A DNA stretch of 64,000 nucleotides from Candidatus Enterousia sp. GTDB lineage: Bacteria; Pseudomonadota; Alphaproteobacteria; Rs-D84. The stretch is taken from the NCBI GenBank assembly GCA_045114635.1, contig JBGUKY010000007.1, forward strand, positions 4,628-68,627, written 5' to 3'. The translations under genes were made by a program, and so were the position numbers. The notes under the pieces are model-generated. The model was given only the letters and a program-made list of their open reading frames with translations, was not told the origin of the DNA and ran no database searches. Of this stretch, positions 57,301 to 64,000 are shown piece by piece. How positions within the stretch are numbered: the first letter of the stretch is position 1; each line of letters opens with the position of its first letter.

Positions 57301-58761
57301 TTTTTTTGATTTTTTATCAGAATCTTTTTTCTCTGATTTTTCAGATTTGACTTCTTCTTTGGTTTCGACTTCTTCTTCGACTTTTTCGATGTTCTTTTTA
57401 CCAATTTTTGACAGTGCACGCACCATATCCATTGCACGTTGTAATTGATAATCACGTTCATCTTTTTCTTCATCAGACAAACTTAAATAATCTTCTTCTT
57501 CGTCATCATCAGATTTGCTAGATTTCTTAGAATCTTTCTTTTTCGATTTATTATCCTTTTTGTTGGATGCATCGTTTTTCAAAGAATTATTGAAAGTTGC
57601 TTCTGTGAACAAGGCTTCTTTCTTTTCTAATGTTTCAACTTTACTTTGTAAAACTTCTATATCCGGCGTAATACCTTCGTTTTGAATTGAACGACCACTT
57701 GGAGTATAATAACGTGCAATAGTTATATGTATTGCGGAACCATCACCCAAAGGTTTTTGTTGTTGTACAGAACCTTTGCCGAAACTTTGTGACCCCATTA
57801 CAATCGCACGACCATTATCTTGTAATGCACCAGCAACAATTTCAGATGCAGATGCAGACCCATGATTTATCAAAACAACTATTGGTTTTCCATTTATTAA
57901 ATCACCAGATTTTGCGAACATTCTTTCTATATCGGCTTTTTCTTTGCCACGCGTCGAAACAATTTCACCACCATCCAAAAACGCATCCGACATTTCAACC
58001 GCTGCTGTCAAATATCCGCCAGGGTTGTTACGCAAATCAAGAACATATCCGGCAACATTTTTCTTTTCCAAATCTTTCAATGCATCTTTTAATTCTTTGG
58101 TCGTAGTTGCACCAAAATCAGAAACGCGCAAATAACCTATCTTTGGTAATTTTTCATCATCCTTTGCAGCCGCATCAGATTTTTCACTGAACTTGATAGA
58201 TTTTACTTTGATAATAGCACGTTTAAGTGTCATTACTTTTGGTTCGTTGCCATCATGAACCACTGTTAATTTAACAGTTGTTCCTGGTTTACCCTTCATC
58301 TTTTTAACAGCTTGATTCAAGTTCATATCAAAAACTTGTTCACCGTCAATATGTGTTATGTAATCACCCGCTTCTATACCCGCCTTGGCCGCAGGAGTAT
58401 CATCAATCGGTGAAATAACACGGATAGCACCCTTGTCACTGGTTATCTGGATACCAAGGCCACCAAATTCGCCATGAGATTTGTCATTGAATTCTTTAAA
58501 ATCGTCCGCAGACAAATAAGAAGAATGTGGATCTAGTGCCCCCAACATACCATTCATCGCACCTTCTAACATTTTGCGTTCGTCTGCTTCTTCGACAAAT
58601 TTGTCGCGTGCTGTTTCAAAAACCAGCGCCAATTTCTTCAATTCACTGTATATTTCTTCATCAGTCAAATGAACGATTGGTTCTTCTTTTTTCTGCTTCT
58701 TCGGTGCAGCATCACAAACAAACGGTGTTATCAAAGCAATCAACAACAATATCTTTTTCAT
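57298..58761 (-). CDS. ctpA: C-terminal processing peptidase (S41) with long Lys/Glu/Asp/Ser-rich C-terminal extension
   Basis: ATG 58761 gives the signal peptide MKKILLLIALITPFVCDA. PDZ domain GLGIQI...PAAKAGIEAGD, catalytic region NHGSASASEI and YYTPSGRSIQNEGITPD. The tail runs from NDASNKKDNKSKKKD to the end. Confidence 0.88.
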   Translation of the reverse strand: MKKILLLIALITPFVCDAAPKKQKKEEPIVHLTDEEIYSELKKLALVFETARDKFVEEADERKMLEGAMNGMLGALDPHSSYLSADDFKEFNDKSHGEFGGLGIQITSDKGAIRVISPIDDTPAAKAGIEAGDYITHIDGEQVFDMNLNQAVKKMKGKPGTTVKLTVVHDGNEPKVMTLKRAIIKVKSIKFSEKSDAAAKDDEKLPKIGYLRVSDFGATTTKELKDALKDLEKKNVAGYVLDLRNNPGGYLTAAVEMSDAFLDGGEIVSTRGKEKADIERMFAKSGDLINGKPIVVLINHGSASASEIVAGALQDNGRAIVMGSQSFGKGSVQQQKPLGDGSAIHITIARYYTPSGRSIQNEGITPDIEVLQSKVETLEKKEALFTEATFNNSLKNDASNKKDNKSKKKDSKKSSKSDDDEEEDYLSLSDEEKDERDYQLQRAMDMVRALSKIGKKNIEKVEEEVETKEEVKSEKSEKKDSDKKSKK

Positions 58762-58850
58762 TAAAAAATCCCTTTCCTTTTTGGACAAGCATAATAAAAA
58801 ATGAAAGTTTGTGCAACACGATTTTTCTTTATTATTTCCATTTAAAAATA

Positions 58851-58879
58851 TTGACAAATATATATTTTTGTATTATATA
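58851..58879 (+). promoter_or_regulatory. Sigma-70-type promoter for the Fic-fold gene
   Basis: TTGACA-17 nt-TATATA, about 25 nt before ATG 58904. Confidence 0.5.
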
Positions 58880-58903
58880 TTGTATTAAAAACAAGGAAAA
58901 AAC

Positions 58904-59662
58904 ATGACAAAACACAAAAGAACACCTGAAACAACTTACACACCAAAGGCTTTATCTGTCCAAGAAGCCGTTGAATTAAACAAAAAAGTTATTTCAAGCA
59001 AGTTATCTGGTTCAAACATCAAAAGATTAAACAATCTTAATTGGTTGCGTCATGAAATATCATGGACAGAACCACATATATTGTTTTATTTGCCCCAAAA
59101 TCAACAAGATCCATTTTTCGACTACAGTTGCACAAAAGGACTTGGTTCTGCATATGATTACATTACAAATAAAGATAACAAAGAAATAACATCCGCATCA
59201 ATCCGCGATATACATTTTTTAATCGCAAGTGAAACTAATATACGCGCAGGAACATATCGCGAAAATCCAAAAATCTTGGAAATAACCGTCAACGGATCTC
59301 GTGTACATGCACCTGATTATACAATGGTTTCTCAACTTGTTGAAAATGCAATTTTTGAATGGAAACACAGCACCAAACCAGCACCTTTGCGCGCTTTTGA
59401 TTTACATTACAATCTTATCATTATACAACCTTTTGAAGACTATAACAAAAGACTTTCAAGAATGGTTATGAATTGGGCATTGGTTCAATGTGGTTATCGT
59501 CCTATTGTATTTAACAGAAAAAGTGATAAAGAAAATTATAGAAAAGCGATCACAAGCATGGCCAAAGGCGATGCAAAATCTTATTACAGATATATGTATA
59601 ATACGATGAGAGCATCCCAAGAACAAATTATAACCCAATTAAAAAGTTCCAACATAAAATAA
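58904..59662 (+). CDS. Fic/DOC-fold protein with degenerate active-site motif
   Basis: IRDIHFLI...AGTYRE and AFDLHYNLIIIQPFEDYNKRLSRMVMNW align with the Fic core, but HPFx[DE]GNGRxxR is replaced by QPFEDYNKRLSR. Confidence 0.7.
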   Translation: MTKHKRTPETTYTPKALSVQEAVELNKKVISSKLSGSNIKRLNNLNWLRHEISWTEPHILFYLPQNQQDPFFDYSCTKGLGSAYDYITNKDNKEITSASIRDIHFLIASETNIRAGTYRENPKILEITVNGSRVHAPDYTMVSQLVENAIFEWKHSTKPAPLRAFDLHYNLIIIQPFEDYNKRLSRMVMNWALVQCGYRPIVFNRKSDKENYRKAITSMAKGDAKSYYRYMYNTMRASQEQIITQLKSSNIK

Positions 59663-59690
59663 AAAATGCCGTTTTGGCATTTTTTATTTT
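59661..59690. terminator. Bidirectional intrinsic terminator
   Basis: aaaaaATGCCgttttGGCATtttttatttt. Confidence 0.75.
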
Positions 59691-60604
59691 ATCAATTGTT
59701 TTTCTATGTACTTTATTCTTGCTATTAACTCTTTCATAAATGCAATCTTTTCAATATTATTATTTTTTGTCTTTTCAGATTGCGGATTTAATCTTAAATC
59801 GTCCCCGGCCTTTGTGAAACGTTTTAACAAAACAGTTATCTTGCGATACTTCATAATATTTTGTAATTCTGGACTGTTTGGAGCATAAATAAGATATTTG
59901 TCTTCATCATGCAATTTGAAATATTCTTCATATATTGGTTCACAAATATCCAAATCGACAGCCAAAGGCGAAAAAATATCGCGAAAGATAAAGTTATAAT
60001 TTGCTTCAGCAAAATCGATCAAATATAACTTGCTTGCTTCTGCATCATATAAAACATTACCAGAATTCAAATCACAGTGAGACCAAGCTTTTCTTGTCTC
60101 ATATTCGAAATCTTGAACACGTTCTATGACTTTTGATATATACTTTACACTGCTCAAATCGAACCATTTTGGCATTTTGTTACCGATAATATTCTGCAAT
60201 TTTTGCATTTTTAATTCGGTGGACATCCTGTGTAAAGTTTCTTCTTTGACAGGTTTTAATTCATTCATATCAACCAAGAAATGCGCAAGGCTTGTAACAA
60301 TTTCATAACGTTGACGGCCAGTTAAAGTCTGATACAATTCTGAAGTCAAAGGAACCCCAGGCGCACGTTCTTCCAATAATTGATATTCATCATCTTTAAT
60401 ATGCAACATATAAGGGATATTATATACAGGGTTATTGACTGCATTAATTTCATCAATAACATCTTTGGTTCTGTGCTGTTTAGCCAACCATTTATCCTTT
60501 TCAGCCTGTGAAAATTCTGGCAAAGGACGCTTCATAACAAGCCCCTCGCCAAAATCGGCGATATAGGTTTCACGTCCATGAGGTAACTTTATTTCTGTTT
60601 TCAT
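59684..60604 (-). CDS. Protein-kinase-like fold phosphotransferase (APH/choline-kinase type)
   Basis: The catalytic loop is SHCDLNSGNVLYD (HxDxxxxN), followed by LIDFAEANY (DFx). ATG 60604 gives MKTEIKLPHG. Confidence 0.7.
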   Translation of the reverse strand: MKTEIKLPHGRETYIADFGEGLVMKRPLPEFSQAEKDKWLAKQHRTKDVIDEINAVNNPVYNIPYMLHIKDDEYQLLEERAPGVPLTSELYQTLTGRQRYEIVTSLAHFLVDMNELKPVKEETLHRMSTELKMQKLQNIIGNKMPKWFDLSSVKYISKVIERVQDFEYETRKAWSHCDLNSGNVLYDAEASKLYLIDFAEANYNFIFRDIFSPLAVDLDICEPIYEEYFKLHDEDKYLIYAPNSPELQNIMKYRKITVLLKRFTKAGDDLRLNPQSEKTKNNNIEKIAFMKELIARIKYIEKQLIK

Positions 60605-60611
60605 GCTATAT

Positions 60612-60639
60612 ATTATAGACATATTTTTTATTTTGTCAA
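60612..60639 (-). promoter_or_regulatory. Sigma-70-type promoter placed for a near-leaderless kinase-like mRNA
   Basis: Minus strand TTGACA-16 nt-TATAAT. Only 7 nt separate the -10 element from ATG 60604. Confidence 0.45.
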
Positions 60640-60697
60640 CCATTTTATAAAAAATCCAAGATTTACATTTTTCTATTGTTTTGGTAAAATAAACACA

Positions 60698-61780
60698 ATG
60701 ATAAAAAATAAAGTTATTTTGTGTGGTTTTTGCTTATGGCTTGGCACCCTGCCCGTATTTAGCGCCAATACTGAATTGGCCAAGATTCAAAACCAAATAA
60801 AACAGACAGAACTTCAAAACAAAAAAATTGAACAGCAATTACAAACATCCAACAAAGACGTAGAAAAAACAAAAAAACAACTGGTAAAAACAGCGGATCG
60901 TGTAAGTTCTTTGGAAGAACAACGTGGCGCACTGATTAAACGCATTACAGAATTGGATAAACAACGCGATAAAATAAATATGGAACTTGCCCAAAGTTAT
61001 AACGGCATAACCGATGCAACTGCCAGTATGTTATTTATTGCTGCAAATCCTAATTTCGATGCACAGACTATGCATGATTATGTTTTAACCTCGGTTATGT
61101 TATCTGCAATGTCTGAAAAATTTGATGATCAGATAATGGATGCAACACAAAAATTAAAAGAATTGGACAAGATTCACGATCAACGCATAGTTGAAAAAGA
61201 AAAATTAGATCGCAGTGCAAAAAAATATACAAATGAAAAAAACGAATTGAACAAATTATTAAAAACGCGTTCTGCACAAAATGAAAAATTAAAAAGTCAA
61301 CAAATTGAATTACAAGACAAATTAAAACAATTGTCAGCACGCGCTAAAAACATTTCTGAATTATCTGCTGGCGTGGGATCTTCAAAAATGTCGGGCGACG
61401 CACGTTTTTCAAAACGGAAATTAAATGTTCCAGTGCGTGGAAAACTTGTTGTGCGCTATGGTGAAAAGACGGCACTTGGACTAAAATCAGACGGATGGCG
61501 CATACGCACACGCGGTGACGCTTTGGTTATGGCGCCTGCCGATGGCACAGTAAAATTTGCTGACAGTTTTCGCGGTTTTGGCAAGGTTGTCATTATGTCA
61601 CATAAAAATGGTTATAACACTGTTATGACAAATATGGGGTCCATTGATGCAATTGTTGGCCAAGAGGTTTTAGCAGGCGAACCTATCGGTCGAATGAATG
61701 AAAACCGTCCAGAAATGTATTTGGAAGTTAGACGCGGTGATAAATCTATCGATCCTGCAAGTTTGTTTAATGAACCATAA
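60698..61780 (+). CDS. envC: EnvC-like murein hydrolase activator (coiled coil + degenerate LytM domain)
   Basis: Signal peptide, then a long Q/K/E coiled coil. The C-terminal LytM fold (GTVKFADSFRGFGKVVIMSH, GEPIGRM) lacks the HxxxD/HxH metal ligands. Confidence 0.6.
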   Translation: MIKNKVILCGFCLWLGTLPVFSANTELAKIQNQIKQTELQNKKIEQQLQTSNKDVEKTKKQLVKTADRVSSLEEQRGALIKRITELDKQRDKINMELAQSYNGITDATASMLFIAANPNFDAQTMHDYVLTSVMLSAMSEKFDDQIMDATQKLKELDKIHDQRIVEKEKLDRSAKKYTNEKNELNKLLKTRSAQNEKLKSQQIELQDKLKQLSARAKNISELSAGVGSSKMSGDARFSKRKLNVPVRGKLVVRYGEKTALGLKSDGWRIRTRGDALVMAPADGTVKFADSFRGFGKVVIMSHKNGYNTVMTNMGSIDAIVGQEVLAGEPIGRMNENRPEMYLEVRRGDKSIDPASLFNEP

Positions 61781-61789
61781 AATAATCAA

Positions 61790-62764
61790 TTAAAATTCAA
61801 AACGCAAACCAACAAACACATTGGTGTATAACATATTTTCTGCACTGAACCAGTTTCTATGTTGTGAACCATCGCTGTTTGCTATTGCCCAAGTTGTTTT
61901 TGGAACATACATTAAACGCGCACCAAAATCAACAAATGTATATTCATTTATACCGTATGCAGCCCCCAATGTTCCAAGCAACGCAACATTATTTGATGCA
62001 GGGTATTTATCAGAATCTGTAGGGTTATCAAAGATCAAAACACCTTCGCTTTCCCTTGTTCCATAATTATTTAAATCATTATCATAAGTCAAATCACCAA
62101 ATATATCTGTCAAATTTAATGTTGTTTTAGACATCGCATACCCTGCCCCAAGGCCAAAATATGGGATAAAAGTGTTTACTGTTTTTTTATTTCCTTCAAA
62201 GAAATCGTATATAGCCATCACTGATATAACATCTGTGGTGAGTGTTGATTTGACACCGCTACTGTACACATGCGCATTTACACCAGATGTTAAACTGATA
62301 TCACCTTCAAATAATGGTATTCTGTCATAATTTATTTCAGATATATGATCAAATCCCGCCTGAAGTCGCCATTGTGGATGATATGGAATTGTAAAGCCAA
62401 CATAGCCACCACCAGCAAAAGCTGTTTTCGACAGATTTTGTGCAGCAGGTAATTCAGATACGTCACCAATTCCAATAAATGCATATTCCGCTTGTTCGGT
62501 AGAATTTAACATAGAATATGCTGTATCAGATATAACCAGCCCATTAGACATGTTCGCATAATATGGCGATTGCAAACTGCCCATTTCATTTTTAATTTTA
62601 GCATTGGCGAAACTTACACCACCGTATCCACCGATTATAAATCTGGAACCATCATCTTTGTAATACCCGTCTTTAATATAATATCCATCATACTGCCAAC
62701 CAGCAAATGCGGGACACGCAGAGATAATCGAAGCAATAAAAAATAAAAATTTATGTAATTTCAT
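61790..62764 (-). CDS. Outer-membrane beta-barrel protein
   Basis: Signal peptide MKLHKFLFFIASIISACPAFA/G, alternating amphipathic strands, Tyr/Gly-rich, and a C-terminal GLRFEF with terminal Phe. Confidence 0.6.
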   Translation of the reverse strand: MKLHKFLFFIASIISACPAFAGWQYDGYYIKDGYYKDDGSRFIIGGYGGVSFANAKIKNEMGSLQSPYYANMSNGLVISDTAYSMLNSTEQAEYAFIGIGDVSELPAAQNLSKTAFAGGGYVGFTIPYHPQWRLQAGFDHISEINYDRIPLFEGDISLTSGVNAHVYSSGVKSTLTTDVISVMAIYDFFEGNKKTVNTFIPYFGLGAGYAMSKTTLNLTDIFGDLTYDNDLNNYGTRESEGVLIFDNPTDSDKYPASNNVALLGTLGAAYGINEYTFVDFGARLMYVPKTTWAIANSDGSQHRNWFSAENMLYTNVFVGLRFEF

Positions 62765-62814
62765 TATGATTGTAATTATATCACAAAAACCACATCAAAA
62801 AAAGAACAAAGCAA

Positions 62815-62841
62815 TAAAAAATGCCCATGCGGGCATTTTTT
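62815..62841 (-). terminator. Intrinsic terminator after the ygiW-like gene
   Basis: aaaaaaATGCCCatgcGGGCATttttt. Confidence 0.75.
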
Positions 62842-63193
62842 ATTTTACAATAGATTCAACATCAACTTCTGTGTAATTAGTTCCTTTGTCTACATTACCG
62901 TAAACAGTCACAATATCATCGACACGAACAGTATTTCCGTTCCAATCTGCTTCATCTATTTCCAACATAATTGTCCCAGAAGCATCTTCGAAAACAAAAA
63001 TATTATTTCCCATATTCTTTGTAATACGCCCACGCATTACCACAGGTGTATCGTCTGGCAAAGACACAACTTCGGTCACGGTCCAAACAGCTGGTTGATT
63101 GTTCATATTATTGTTCATATTTTTACCGGAACCCGCAAAAGCACTACAAATTGGCATTATCGCAACTAACGCCAAAACAGATATTTTTTTCAT
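62840..63193 (-). CDS. YgiW/YdeI (BOF) family periplasmic OB-fold stress protein
   Basis: 117 aa with a signal peptide. VVSLPDDTPVVMRGRITKNMGNNIFVFEDASGTIMLEIDEADWNG..V...D.V.V.G.VDK. Confidence 0.65.
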   Translation of the reverse strand: MKKISVLALVAIMPICSAFAGSGKNMNNNMNNQPAVWTVTEVVSLPDDTPVVMRGRITKNMGNNIFVFEDASGTIMLEIDEADWNGNTVRVDDIVTVYGNVDKGTNYTEVDVESIVK

Positions 63194-63280
63194 GATTTTT
63201 CTCCATTTGTTATTTTGTTTTCCATGCTTTAATTATAACAAATGGACAGATAAAAATATCTAGGAACGATTTACCAAATT

Positions 63281-63304
63281 AAAAACCGCCCGTTTGGGCG
63301 GTTT
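63281..63304 (-). terminator. Intrinsic terminator
   Basis: aaaaCCGCCCgtttGGGCGGtttt just downstream of stop 63308. Confidence 0.75.
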
Positions 63305-63307
63305 TGA

Positions 63308-64000
63308 TTACATCTGTACATCTACACAGACTTCTTCTGCATCGTTAACCTTACAGTCTCTATCGTTTCTGTTCCAATGGTACGTTCCGCCTTTTTTACA
63401 TGACTTGGTTGTCCGGATTGTGCAAAGATGACATGTTCTGTTCTTTTTATCAAAAGTTGCAGACTTAGTTGTTTTTACACCGCTGACATCCATTGATAAA
63501 TCCCAATCTGATCCTCTATCTGAACCAGTTGATTTCATAGATGCCAAAGTATTCAAGTCCAAACCAGCACCAACATCATAGTATATTGCAAAAGGCGTAC
63601 TCAAAGGTGTTTGTTCTATAATACCTTTTTCACTTGAAGAACCTGTTCCTATATCAGCCATCTTCTTACACAAATATTCTGCTACTTCAGCCGAAGAATC
63701 ATTCGCTGCTTTTTCTATAGTTTCAGAAAGCTTTTTATTATAATTATCTTGCGCCTTGCGTAAAGCAGACATTGCAATCACAGTACGATATTGATTCAAC
63801 AAATTCGGGAAACGAGCTGTCGTTTTATTATCTCTACTGTCTTTACCATTGATTTGTGACAAATCACGACCATTAATACAATATTGTATTTGTTGATCAG
63901 ATTCAATCAAAGATATAGCTCTGTTGATTGTTCCAGAAATATTCTTTAATTCTTCTTCAATTGCAGATATAATAGATTTTGCATCTGGAACATCACTATT
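63308..64000 (-). CDS. Hypothetical helical protein with Cys-rich C-terminus (N-terminus beyond window end)
   Basis: The track M at 63910 is a TTG. My translation of 63911-64000 (NSDVPDAKSIISAIEEELKNISGTINRAIS) has no stop, so the frame is open to the edge. The C-terminus is CHLCTIRTTKSCKKGG...DCKVNDAEEVCVDVQM. Confidence 0.55.
   Translation of the reverse strand, partial: NSDVPDAKSIISAIEEELKNISGTINRAISLIESDQQIQYCINGRDLSQINGKDSRDNKTTARFPNLLNQYRTVIAMSALRKAQDNYNKKLSETIEKAANDSSAEVAEYLCKKMADIGTGSSSEKGIIEQTPLSTPFAIYYDVGAGLDLNTLASMKSTGSDRGSDWDLSMDVSGVKTTKSATFDKKNRTCHLCTIRTTKSCKKGGTYHWNRNDRDCKVNDAEEVCVDVQM

Noticed and set aside
55945-58880. A shared operator (ACAAA-N8-TTTGT inverted repeat within TTGACAA.TATA.ATTTTTGTATTA) co-regulating the two paralogs and the Fic gene
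   Set aside because: The same TTGACAAAAATA...TTTGT..TATTAT pattern occurs upstream of unrelated genes (the small ORF near 23050, the GNAT gene near 38190, and 18200). It looks like the generic strong-promoter consensus of this AT-rich genome rather than a specific operator.
58904-59662. SQLVEN in the Fic-fold protein as an inhibitory [ST]xxxE[GN] helix (auto-inhibited class II/III Fic)
   Set aside because: The string falls in the conserved core helix about 35 residues before the active-site loop, not in an N- or C-terminal inhibitory helix. With the catalytic His already missing, the inference would be moot.
1-64000. Prophage, IS element or conjugative element content
   Set aside because: No integrase, transposase, terminase, capsid, tail, relaxase or type IV secretion ORFs were recognised in any frame. 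The only phage-flavoured items are the Imm-like protein and the spanin-like pair, which are isolated single features.

Overview
This is a 64-kb chromosomal window from an AT-rich diderm bacterium. All calls come from reading the ORF translations and the DNA by eye. No database search was run, and start codons are best guesses.

The core genes look alphaproteobacterium-like and anaerobic or host-associated (inference). They include rpsF-rpsR-rplI, rho, lptC-lptB, eno, tilS-ftsH, groES-groEL behind a sigma-32-type promoter, argC-J-B-D, ssb, carD, bamE, a pyruvate:ferredoxin oxidoreductase, ctpA and an envC-like gene. Two tRNAs are present: Pro-UGG and Gln-CUG.

Lineage-specific material is interleaved with the core genes:
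- A tightly coupled 4-gene operon of signal-peptide, disulfide-rich or glycine-zipper proteins (2754-7356). It sits next to an exported ankyrin / degenerate-subtilase protein, and related Cys-motif proteins occur elsewhere in the window.
- A MotA/MotB-like stator pair with atypical extra domains (8790-11065).
- A tRNA-Pro-anchored tandem array of three single-gene cassettes lacking any integrase (12144-17078). The cassettes are separated by about 190-bp arm-core-arm junction repeats. One cassette encodes an SF2 helicase with four 216-bp in-frame tandem repeats. This is the strongest candidate for something new.
- A Pmp-repeat autotransporter, a Fic-fold protein with a degenerate active-site motif, tandem paralogous membrane proteins, and decayed tRNA-Gln 3' end copies.

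No rRNA, CRISPR array, transposase, integrase or prophage structural genes were seen.
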